The position numbers and the translations under genes are program-made. From positions 96,001-160,000 of the forward strand of contig CAWISW010000002.1 in the NCBI GenBank assembly GCA_963838925.1: DNA of 64,000 nucleotides, written 5' to 3'. The DNA is from an uncultured Nitrososphaerota archaeon (GTDB lineage: Archaea; Thermoproteota; Nitrososphaeria; Nitrososphaerales; Gagatemarchaeaceae). Each line of letters starts with the position of its first letter. The first letter of the stretch is position 1. Under the pieces are notes generated by a model, which was given only the letters and a program-made list of their open reading frames with translations, did no database searches and was not told the origin of the DNA. This document shows, piece by piece, positions 54,480 through 64,000 of the stretch.

Positions 54480-54602
54480 ATGACGACTGGCCACGCCAAG
54501 ATACGAGCAGTCATGGTCATGATCGTGATAATGGTCGTTACAGCGGCCCTCGCTCTCTTGAAAGTGGGCGGTTTTCCAAGTGCATCCCAGCCACCGCGCT
54601 AA
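54480..54602 (+). CDS. Putative 40-aa single-TM peptide
   Basis: MTTGHAKIRAVMVMIVIMVVTAALALLKVGGFPSASQPPR, with TTTATC about 30 nt upstream. Confidence 0.4.
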   Translation: MTTGHAKIRAVMVMIVIMVVTAALALLKVGGFPSASQPPR

Positions 54603-54665
54603 ACTTTCTGAGGTCAGGATCATTCAGAGGACGCTCAGCCCAGATTCAACGAGGATGGAAGGCGC

Positions 54666-55712
54666 ATGAACCGAAAAGGGGTCTGCTACGACGCCGGCAG
54701 CTATATGGGATTCAACTGGCGCCCGGTCTTCGAACCCAAGGTCGTCCGCCGCGAGCTCGAGATAGTCAGGAAAGACCTTCACTGCAACGCGGTCAGCATC
54801 GGCGCAAGGGACATCGGGCGGCTAGTGACCGCCGCGACTGCCGCGCTCGAGGAGGGACTCGAGGTATGGCTCTCGCCTCTGCTGTGGGACAAGAGCGAAG
54901 ACGAGACCGTCGCGTACTTGGCCAAGGCGGCCGGGCCTCTGGAGGCTCTCCACAAGCAGTGGCCCGACAAGGTGGTTTTGAGCGTCGGCGGCGAGTCCAC
55001 CCTCTTCATGCACGGGATACTCGAGGGGAAGAACATCATCCAGCGGCTCGGGAACCCAAAGGCCAGAGCGCGAATAATGGCCGGCGAGCACAACGGGCCG
55101 CTCAACGCGTTCCTGGCGAGGGCCGTGGCCGCCGTCAGGAAGGAGTTCAAGGGCAAGCTGACGTATCACTCCCTAATCTGGGAGAAGGTCGACTGGAGCC
55201 TCTTCGACTATGTCGGCGTGGACCACTACCGGGCCAAGGACATCGAGGACAGATACGTCGAGATGCTGAAGCCGCTCTTCGACACCGGCAAGCCCGTGGT
55301 CACGGAGTTCGGGTACAATACGTACCAGAGCGACGGGAAGCTCGCCCAGGTCCTCCTGGGAGGAGGGGACGTCGACTCCAAGTCGCAGTTCTTCCACAGC
55401 CTCCCGGTCGTCGGAAGGTTCGTCCGTCCCAAGGTGAGGGTCATCCACCCGCGCGACGAGGCCTGGCAGGCGCGCAAGCTCGTCGAGACCCTGAAGGTCC
55501 TCGACGCCGCGGGCGTGGACGGGGCCTTCGTGTCGCAGTTCGTGTCCCAGACCAACCCCTACGAGGAAGGCCCGAGGTACGACCTGGACACGACGAACCA
55601 GAGCTTGGTGAGATACTACGAGGGCGGGAAGCATGGAACGACCTACCCTGACATGCCGTGGGAGCCGAAGGAATCGTTCATGGCGGTCGCAAGATATTAC
55701 GCCGAGCACTAG
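54666..55712 (+). CDS. Hypothetical TIM-barrel / glycoside-hydrolase-like protein
   Basis: KGVCYD, DLHCNAV, GLEVWLSP, VDHYR, PVVTEFG and WEPK motifs. Confidence 0.6.
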   Translation: MNRKGVCYDAGSYMGFNWRPVFEPKVVRRELEIVRKDLHCNAVSIGARDIGRLVTAATAALEEGLEVWLSPLLWDKSEDETVAYLAKAAGPLEALHKQWPDKVVLSVGGESTLFMHGILEGKNIIQRLGNPKARARIMAGEHNGPLNAFLARAVAAVRKEFKGKLTYHSLIWEKVDWSLFDYVGVDHYRAKDIEDRYVEMLKPLFDTGKPVVTEFGYNTYQSDGKLAQVLLGGGDVDSKSQFFHSLPVVGRFVRPKVRVIHPRDEAWQARKLVETLKVLDAAGVDGAFVSQFVSQTNPYEEGPRYDLDTTNQSLVRYYEGGKHGTTYPDMPWEPKESFMAVARYYAEH

Positions 55713-55853
55713 AATCAGCCTCTGAACCTTACTGGACTCGTCGTCTCACACCACGCGCATTGTGATGAACGACCGTCAGGTGGAATAGGGTACCTGGCGA
55801 GGTGACATGGAGCACCCAAACATTGATTTCCGGCGTGCGACGACCGAGGGGAG

Positions 55854-56837
55854 ATGGAGGACATCATCTCAGTCGAGGACCTGGTCGTCGTCTATCAGGA
55901 CGGGACGCGGGCGGTCGACGGCATCTCCTTCGCCGTCAAGAAGGGCGAGTTCTTCGGGTTCCTCGGACCCAACGGAGCGGGCAAGAGCACCGTCATCAAG
56001 ACGCTCACCACCCTTCTCAGGAAGACCTCTGGGAAGGTCTCGGTCGCGGGAGTCGACCTCGACTCTGATCCCGCCGCGATACGCAGGTCAATCGGTGTCC
56101 TCACGCAGGAGTCGAGCCTCGACGTCGACCTCAAGGGAAGGGAGAACCTCAGGCTCCAAGGCCGCCTCCAGCAGATGCACGGGCGCGCCCTAGACGAGAG
56201 GGTCGATGAGCTCCTCAAGCTGGTCGAACTCGACAAGGTCGGGGACAAGGAGGCCGGGCGATACTCAGGTGGGATGAGGAAGCGGCTCGACCTCGCCTGC
56301 GCGCTGGTGCACAGTCCGAGGATACTCTTCCTCGACGAGCCGACCACGGGTCTGGACCCCCAGTCGCGGACCACCATCTGGCAGCACCTAGAGGAGCTGA
56401 GCAGGAATCAGGGCGTCACGATCTTCCTCACAACCCAGTACCTCGAGGAGGCCGACCGGCTCTGCCGCCAGCTTTCGATAATAGATCACGGAAAGCTCAT
56501 AGCCAATGGGAGCCCTTCAGAGCTCAAGGCGAGCATGGGCGGGGACGCCATCGACCTGACGCTCGAGGCTTCTGCGAAGGCGAAGGCAAAAGAGATTCTC
56601 AAGTCGATTCAGGGGATCTCGGGCGTCATGGACTCTGACACCGGGGTGACCGCTTACGCCAAGAACGCGGGGGAGGTCATCACGGAGGTCGTCACTGCCC
56701 TCGACCGGAGCGGCATCCGCCCATCGTTCCTCAGCATCTCTTCTCCAACGCTCGACGACCTCTTCCTCAAGAAGACAGGCAGGCGTATAAGGTCTGACGA
56801 CCTGCAGAGGAAGGAGACAGAGCCGTTCCTGATGTGA
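55854..56837 (+). CDS. ABC-2 (DrrA-like) ATP-binding protein
   Basis: GPNGAGKS, YSGGM, LDEPTTGLDP and TTQYLEEAD motifs. Confidence 0.92.
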   Translation: MEDIISVEDLVVVYQDGTRAVDGISFAVKKGEFFGFLGPNGAGKSTVIKTLTTLLRKTSGKVSVAGVDLDSDPAAIRRSIGVLTQESSLDVDLKGRENLRLQGRLQQMHGRALDERVDELLKLVELDKVGDKEAGRYSGGMRKRLDLACALVHSPRILFLDEPTTGLDPQSRTTIWQHLEELSRNQGVTIFLTTQYLEEADRLCRQLSIIDHGKLIANGSPSELKASMGGDAIDLTLEASAKAKAKEILKSIQGISGVMDSDTGVTAYAKNAGEVITEVVTALDRSGIRPSFLSISSPTLDDLFLKKTGRRIRSDDLQRKETEPFLM

Positions 56838-56898
56838 GGCGGTCGGCCTGACCCTGCTCTACGACACCGAGTCACACTTCCGAAGAGGCCTGACGAAG

Positions 56899-57615
56899 AT
56901 GATCAGGAATCCGACTCTCCTCGTCACATACTTGGTCGAGCCCATCGCCTTCCTCGTCCTCTTCTCCCAGATGTTCACAAGGCTGGGCGACTTCCTTCCT
57001 CCCAACTCGGGAGGGTACGTGGCCTACCTCACGCCCGGGATCCTTGTCTTCTGCGCGCTCATCGGCTCTCCGCAGGGCGGGGTCTCTATCGTGAACGACA
57101 TCAACTCGGGCTTCCTCTCGAAGGTCCTCCTGACCCAGTCCTCGAGGTCCGCAATATTGATCGGGAGGCTCTTTACAGACGTGACCCTCGTCGTAGGAGA
57201 GGCGGTCATCACTATCATAACGGCGGCAGTGATGGGGGTGACCATCTCGTCTGGCCTGCCAGGAATCCTCCTGATCCTCGTGACGATCGCGTTCTTCGAG
57301 ATGGCCCTCTCGGGCATCTTTCTGGCGATAGGCATCGCCACCAGGAAGACGGAGACGCTCTCCGCCGTCTCGGGGTTCCTCTACCTCCCCATGATCTTCC
57401 TCAGCACGTCCATGTTCCCGGCCGCCTTCCTGCCGGGCTGGGCCCAGACGGTATCCAACTACAATCCCGTCACCTACATCTCGAACGTGACGCGTGAGCT
57501 GGTCTCCGGTGGGTTCAACCTCAACACGCTGGTCGAAGGCTATGCCCTGACGGGACTCATAGCCCTCGTGACGCTCGCCGCGACCCTCTACCAGTTCAGA
57601 AGAGTCGTGAGTTAG
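56899..57615 (+). CDS. ABC-2 permease (true start possibly near 56848)
   Basis: Six TMs with FLS-x-x-x-FP and NPVTY motifs. Follows the ATPase. Confidence 0.88.
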   Translation: MIRNPTLLVTYLVEPIAFLVLFSQMFTRLGDFLPPNSGGYVAYLTPGILVFCALIGSPQGGVSIVNDINSGFLSKVLLTQSSRSAILIGRLFTDVTLVVGEAVITIITAAVMGVTISSGLPGILLILVTIAFFEMALSGIFLAIGIATRKTETLSAVSGFLYLPMIFLSTSMFPAAFLPGWAQTVSNYNPVTYISNVTRELVSGGFNLNTLVEGYALTGLIALVTLAATLYQFRRVVS

Positions 57616-57783
57616 CCGCAAGCCCAGCAAGCCAGTTCGATTCGAGTAGATGCCTAGGGGATTGTTACCAAATGGCCATAATCACGCCCGGCGCATCAAT
57701 CTTAGCCTGCGGGCTCATCGCTCGCGGCAATCGTTAAGAACGAGCACCCGGGTCGAAGTGGGAGCGGCGAGGCGTGTCCTGAA

Positions 57784-58704
57784 ATGATAGAGACGGAGGG
57801 CCTTACGAAGAGGTTCGGCAGCCTTACCGCCGTCGATAGCGTCTCCTTCAAGGTGGAGGAGGGGGAGGTGTTCGGCTTCCTCGGGCCAAACGGGGCAGGC
57901 AAGACAACCACCGTCAGGATGCTCTGCTGCCTAATCTCAAAGACCAGCGGCGAGGCCAGGATCGCGGACTACGACGTCGGCAAGGATTCGGACTCCCTGA
58001 AGATCCGGAAGCTCATAGGCTTGGTCCCCGACAGCGTAGGTCTCTACGACGACCTCACGGCCTACGATAACCTGGAGTTCTACGGCAAGCTCTATGGCTG
58101 CACCGAGGCGCAGAGGAGAGAGAACATAGAGCGCTTCCTCAAGATGCTTGGCCTCTGGGAGAAGAAGGACGTGACGGCGGGGACGTTCTCGAAGGGGATG
58201 AAGCAGAAGCTGGCCATCGCACGGGCGCTCATCCACGACCCCCAAGTGCTCTTCATGGACGAGCCGACGGTCAACCTCGACCCTGAGTCTGCGAAGACTG
58301 TCAGGGACTTCATCCTCGAGCTCAAGAGGGAGAAGAAGACGGTCTTCCTGAACACGCACAACCTCGACGAGGCGCAGAGGATCTGCGACAGGATCGCGAT
58401 ACTCAACACCAAGCTGATGGCCATCGGCACCGCGGAGGAGCTCGAGCGCTCCGTCCGGGGAAGGCAGACGGTCGTGCAGCTCGCGCAGGTGAGCGACGCG
58501 ATCATCGGGGCATTGGGGAGGCTCTCGACCGGGAAGGTGACGAGGGACGGCAACAGCATCACGGTCGACGTGATGAGCCCCGAGAAGGAGAACCCGGAGA
58601 TCGTGCGCGCAATCGTCGGGGCCGGGGGCGACGTCCAATCCGTCTCCATCAGCACCTCGACGCTGGAGGACGCCTACCTGAAGCTGGTGAAGGAGACAAC
58701 ATGA
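57784..58704 (+). CDS. ABC transporter ATP-binding protein
   Basis: GPNGAGKT, FSKGM, MDEPT and THNL motifs. Confidence 0.92.
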   Translation: MIETEGLTKRFGSLTAVDSVSFKVEEGEVFGFLGPNGAGKTTTVRMLCCLISKTSGEARIADYDVGKDSDSLKIRKLIGLVPDSVGLYDDLTAYDNLEFYGKLYGCTEAQRRENIERFLKMLGLWEKKDVTAGTFSKGMKQKLAIARALIHDPQVLFMDEPTVNLDPESAKTVRDFILELKREKKTVFLNTHNLDEAQRICDRIAILNTKLMAIGTAEELERSVRGRQTVVQLAQVSDAIIGALGRLSTGKVTRDGNSITVDVMSPEKENPEIVRAIVGAGGDVQSVSISTSTLEDAYLKLVKETT

Positions 58705-59438
58705 ACCTATCGAAATCATGGATAATCGCCAGCAAGGATCTGAAGTCGTTCCTCCGCAAGAGGACGGTCCTATACACTGTCGTGGTCCTGCCTCTGATGC
58801 TCTCAGTGCTTTTCCCGCTGGTGGTCGAGATCTCGAAGAGGAAGGGGGGAGGAATCCCTGCAGCCCTCTTGCCGGGTTACCTGGACGCCTTCGCGTTCTT
58901 CTTCGTTATCATCCCGGCGATCGTACCGACCCCCATCGCGTCATACAGCATAGTCGGCGAGAAGATAGAGAAGAGCCTGGAGCCGCTCCTCGCGACTCCC
59001 ACGACTGACGGCGAGATACTTCTAGGAAAGTACCTGGCCGCGTTCCTCCCGGCCATAATAGCCACCTACGCTGGCGCCGCGATTTACATGACGCTAATGG
59101 ACAGCGTCACCTACGGCACGCTCCACCATCTCTTCTATCCAAACTGGGGCTTCGCCCTCATCCTGCTGGTCCTCGCCCCCCTGTCGGCGACGTTAAGCGT
59201 CGAGGCGAGCGTGATCGCCTCGTCGAGGGTCAGCGACGTCCGCTCGGCATCGCAGCTAGGGAGCCTCATGTTCCTCCCCTTCATGGGCATCTACCTAGCC
59301 AGCGAGATCGGCCTGATAACACTCAACACCACCAACCTTCTCATCATCGCCGGCGTGCTCGCACTGGTCGCCCTCGCCCTTTTCCGCGTCAGCACCGCCA
59401 CCTTCCGCAGGGAAGAGATACTCACGAAGTGGAAGTAA
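58701..59438 (+). CDS. ABC-2 type permease
   Basis: GEK-x-x-x-SLEPLLATP...ILLGK motif and multiple TMs. Confidence 0.88.
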   Translation: MNLSKSWIIASKDLKSFLRKRTVLYTVVVLPLMLSVLFPLVVEISKRKGGGIPAALLPGYLDAFAFFFVIIPAIVPTPIASYSIVGEKIEKSLEPLLATPTTDGEILLGKYLAAFLPAIIATYAGAAIYMTLMDSVTYGTLHHLFYPNWGFALILLVLAPLSATLSVEASVIASSRVSDVRSASQLGSLMFLPFMGIYLASEIGLITLNTTNLLIIAGVLALVALALFRVSTATFRREEILTKWK

Positions 59439-59505
59439 TCTCCGGTTCTCCAAGGAAGGATGGGCGGAGAGCCCGATCGGACTCTCTAGGCGGATGATTG
59501 TTTGC

Positions 59506-59892
59506 TTACATTCGGCCTGCAGGCTGGAATAGGCCTACGACGTTCCCCTCGCTGTCCTTGAAGTACGCCGTGAAGCCCATGTCTCCTATCGCCTGCTTCT
59601 TCGAGACCTTCTTTCCGCCTGCCTTCTCGACCTTCTGAAGCGCCTTGTCGATGTCGGCCACGCTGATGGTCACCACTATCGATTTCAGCGGCCCCTCCCT
59701 CTTCCCCATCCCGCCGTTGATCGACCCGGCGTTCTTCGGCATCCCGTTCTTGTCGCTCTCGGTGGTGCCCAGCATCCAGTACGCCATCGGCCCTTCCCAT
59801 TTCATGATGTTCCATCCGAACGCGTCGCTGTAGAACTTCGAAGCGCGCTCCGGTTTGTCTGCAGGGATCTCAAAGTGAACCACTGAATCCAT
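59506..59892 (-). CDS. VOC/glyoxalase-family protein
   Basis: VVHFEIP, FY-x-x-x-FGW, INGG and AYFKDSEGN motifs. Confidence 0.9.
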   Translation of the reverse strand: MDSVVHFEIPADKPERASKFYSDAFGWNIMKWEGPMAYWMLGTTESDKNGMPKNAGSINGGMGKREGPLKSIVVTISVADIDKALQKVEKAGGKKVSKKQAIGDMGFTAYFKDSEGNVVGLFQPAGRM

Positions 59893-60049
59893 GCCACACC
59901 ATTCTCCGGCGGATATTTAACGACCACAGGGAAAGGATTTCTGTAAAGTCTTTTGCGCCGCTTCTTTGGTTGTGTTAGCCCCCGTCTGCCGGACTCAACT
60001 CAGTTAATTAGCTGGGAATTGCCGCTAGTTCTTGGGCTGGTCGCACGAG

Positions 60050-60145
60050 TTGATAACTACTCAACATATCGTCTTAGTTGTCGTCCTTACTGCAATTGTG
60101 ATAGTCGTGGTTTTCGTACTGAAGAAGGTTTTGAAGAAGGGCTAG
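60050..60145 (+). CDS. Putative 31-aa single-TM peptide with a Lys-rich tail (alternative TTG start at 60032)
   Basis: Hand translation MITTQHIVLVVVLTAIVIVVVFVLKKVLKKG, with TTAATTA at 60004-60010. Not in the ORF track. Confidence 0.45.
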   Translation: MITTQHIVLVVVLTAIVIVVVFVLKKVLKKG

Positions 60146-60301
60146 GACCCGAGATTCTTCTGAATCTTCTGTTCTTGTTCTTCCTGAGTGATTAGGCATT
60201 TCTCTTCAACAGCCCGGCTAGGGACGTGTCATGTTGTCCAGAACGTCAGCTTCGTCTGCCTTGGCCATCCAGGGAAAGGATGGCGTCGCTCGGGCGGCGC
60301 C

Positions 60302-60898
60302 TCACTGCTTCGCGAATCTCTTCTTCATCAGGTGCCTGAGGGCCCTCTTGTCATACCTGTATTCCCTGTCCGTGTCCAGCTCCCCAAAAAACTGGTCCTC
60401 CGTGACCCTTCGGAACAGGACCCTCGAGATCCACAGAGACGCGTCTCTCGTCTTCCCGAATGGCAGCTCCATCACGTAGAACGGATAGTCGGCGGCCGTA
60501 GGAACCACGCCGACGAAAGGCAGGAAGAGCGTGACCAGCCTGGAGCCCGCCGAAAGCTCTTCCTCGAATCGCTCTACGTCGCCTTCTTGCTCATAGTGGC
60601 CGCAGTAGGCGACCGTCGCGTCGTGGATGTCCGAGTCGGCGAAGTCCTCGTTCCTTATCTCTATTCGGTCGGAGAGGCCGAGGCTCTCGACGTACGCCGC
60701 GGCCTTGGCGGCCCTGCCCGCGTGCATCTCGATCCCGACGGCCTTCTTCACGCCGAACTCCTTCACCGCCACGACGCAGAGCTGGCCTCGGCCGCATCCG
60801 AGGTCGTAGAAGACGTCACTCTTGGTCGTCCGCGCGAGCGTGAGGAGCTTCCGGACATGCCTGTTGCTCTGATAGTCCTCCGGCCCCAACCTGTTCAT
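60302..60898 (-). CDS. Class I SAM-dependent methyltransferase
   Basis: VFYDLGCGRG motif I, AVGIE and DATV motifs. Confidence 0.8.
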   Translation of the reverse strand: MNRLGPEDYQSNRHVRKLLTLARTTKSDVFYDLGCGRGQLCVVAVKEFGVKKAVGIEMHAGRAAKAAAYVESLGLSDRIEIRNEDFADSDIHDATVAYCGHYEQEGDVERFEEELSAGSRLVTLFLPFVGVVPTAADYPFYVMELPFGKTRDASLWISRVLFRRVTEDQFFGELDTDREYRYDKRALRHLMKKRFAKQ

Positions 60899-60925
60899 CG
60901 CAAAGAGTCCCCCGGCGCCTCCTGA

Positions 60926-62380
<1,455 letters not shown>

Positions 62381-62434
62381 CCCGAGCAATCGGTCAAGCT
62401 TATCGCCCCGCCCATCGGGGCAAGGGGCAGGTGA

Positions 62435-63622
62435 ATGGGAATCCCGGACGATAGCCTAGGCCTAGTCGAGACCAAGGAATTCACATTCGCATCGCCACCT
62501 CATGAGATGCCCCTCGAGAGCGGGGCGCGGCTCGGCCCGATTTCCCTCGCCTACGAGACCTACGGGGACCTGGACAGAGACAAGTCCAACGCCGTCCTGG
62601 TCCTCCACGCCCTTTCGGGAGACGCCCACGCCGCAGGCTTCCACGAGGGCGACAAGAGCCCTGGCTGGTGGGACAATATGATAGGCCCCGGAAAGGCCTT
62701 CGACACCGACAAGTACTATGTCGTGAGCTCGAACGTCATCGGGGGGTGCAGGGGGTCAACCGGGCCGTCCTCTCCGAACCCGAAGACGGGCAAGCCGTAC
62801 GGGTCTGACTTCCCGATCGTTTCGATAAGAGACATGGTGGACGCCCAGAGGCACCTCCTCGATCACCTCGGCATAGATCGTCTCCTCTCGGTGGCAGGCG
62901 GCTCGATGGGTGGGATGCAGGTCCTCCAGTGGATGGTCTCATACCCCGAGAGGATAAGGTCGGCGATCCCGATCTCGACGGCGCTCAAGCACACGCCTCA
63001 GCAGATAGCCTTCAACGAGGTCGGCAGGCAGGCAATAATGGCTGACCCCAACTGGCGGGACGGGCACTACTACGAGCACTCGCCGCCGTCGAAGGGGCTC
63101 GCCGTGGCAAGGATGGTCGGGCACATCACGTACATGAGCGAGACGTCGATGGCGGAGAAGTTCGGGAGGCGGCTGAAGGAGACGAAGCGGACTTTGAAGT
63201 TCAGCCCTGAGTTCGAGGTCGAGGGCTACCTGGAGAACAGGGGCGAGAACTTCGTCAAGAGGTTCGACGCAAACTCGTACCTCTACATAACAAAGGCGAT
63301 GGACAACTTCGACGCCGTCGGCACGAGGACCCACTCCGAGATCTTCAAGGGGCTCAAGGCCAAGGTCCTGGTCATCGCGTTCAAGTCTGACTGGCTGTAC
63401 CCCGCGCACCAGTCGCAGGAGATTGTCAAGGCCTGCAAGTGGGCGGGCGTGGACGCGACCTACTGCGAGGTCCACTCGACCTATGGACACGACGCCTTCC
63501 TTCTGGAGAAGGAGGAGGAGACCAGGCTCATCAAGCACTTCCTTGGCTCTACCTTAAACCACCGCGACGGCGCCACCGAGAGGGCGACCTCTCATGAGAT
63601 TAGACTACCGGGTCATCGCTGA
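62435..63622 (+). CDS. metX: Homoserine O-acetyltransferase
   Basis: HALSGD, GGCRGSTGP, GGSMGG, FDANSY and GHDAFL motifs. Confidence 0.94.
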   Translation: MGIPDDSLGLVETKEFTFASPPHEMPLESGARLGPISLAYETYGDLDRDKSNAVLVLHALSGDAHAAGFHEGDKSPGWWDNMIGPGKAFDTDKYYVVSSNVIGGCRGSTGPSSPNPKTGKPYGSDFPIVSIRDMVDAQRHLLDHLGIDRLLSVAGGSMGGMQVLQWMVSYPERIRSAIPISTALKHTPQQIAFNEVGRQAIMADPNWRDGHYYEHSPPSKGLAVARMVGHITYMSETSMAEKFGRRLKETKRTLKFSPEFEVEGYLENRGENFVKRFDANSYLYITKAMDNFDAVGTRTHSEIFKGLKAKVLVIAFKSDWLYPAHQSQEIVKACKWAGVDATYCEVHSTYGHDAFLLEKEEETRLIKHFLGSTLNHRDGATERATSHEIRLPGHR

Positions 63623-64000
63623 CTGGATCGGGCAGGAGTCCAGCGTCCTGGACCTGGGGTGCGGCGACGGGGAGCTGCTCTCGATACTCGTAAAGGAGAA
63701 GAACGTTAGGGCGAACGGCATCGAGATCGACGAGCAGGCAATCTACAATTGCGTCGAGAAGGGGTTGAGCGTCTTCCACGAGGACATCGAGGCGGGCCTC
63801 TCCGGCTACCCGGACGAGTCCTTCGACTACGTAATCATGAACAGCAGCCTTCAGCAGGTGAAGGACCCGGACAAGGTCTTCCAGGAAGCGCTGCGCGTGG
63901 GGAAGAAGCTGATTGTGGGCTTCCCGAACTTCCTCCAGTACACTTCGAGGCTTCAGATGCTGTTCTCAGGGAGGGTGCCCGTGACGCCGTCGCTCCCGTA
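63594..64000 (+). CDS. metW: Methionine biosynthesis protein MetW, truncated at the window end
   Basis: Hand translation MRLDYRVIADWIGQESSVLDLGCGDGELL...FDYVI...LQ...GFPNF. Follows metX. Confidence 0.88.
   Translation, partial: MRLDYRVIADWIGQESSVLDLGCGDGELLSILVKEKNVRANGIEIDEQAIYNCVEKGLSVFHEDIEAGLSGYPDESFDYVIMNSSLQQVKDPDKVFQEALRVGKKLIVGFPNFLQYTSRLQMLFSGRVPVTPSLP

Noticed and set aside
54666-55712. Abortive-infection defence protein (a label I recall on similar sequences)
   Set aside because: The sequence looks like a TIM-barrel hydrolase, and nothing here supports a defence role.

Overview
GC-rich archaeal DNA, most likely from a non-ammonia-oxidising Nitrososphaerota/TACK lineage. This is inferred from CdvB/ESCRT-III, TrmB, a geranylgeranyl reductase, a BHB-intron tRNA, TATA-type promoters and complex I genes with no nuoEFG in the window. 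(1) 2.4-10.6 kb: a form III-type RuBisCO with intact catalytic motifs, clustered with ribose-1,5-bisphosphate isomerase, PRPP synthetase, an atypical RfaE/PfkB sugar-phosphate kinase, split transketolase, RPE and transaldolase. The window has no phosphoribulokinase or AMP phosphorylase. A LUD 2-hydroxyacid dehydrogenase plus glyoxylate-type aminotransferase operon follows. This is the best candidate for an undescribed system: a PRK-independent Calvin-like or RuBisCO-shunt pathway, possibly with glycolate salvage. (2) A split complex I (nuoD, 28.6 kb gap, then nuoHIJK-M-L-M-N) of 2M type with a lengthened NuoL helix, an intein inside a NuoI Fe-S motif, and a free-standing LAGLIDADG gene behind nuoD. 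(3) A Rieske/heme-b/ferritin-HTH redox module and a frameshifted dnaK paralogue. (4) A tRNA-Glu with a D-loop intron, followed by tRNA-derived repeats, ftsZ, and a 10 kb coproporphyrin-dependent heme island that is flanked by direct repeats and lacks HemY. (5) ABC-2 transporters and metY-metX-metW. All calls come from reading motifs by eye; no database searches were run.
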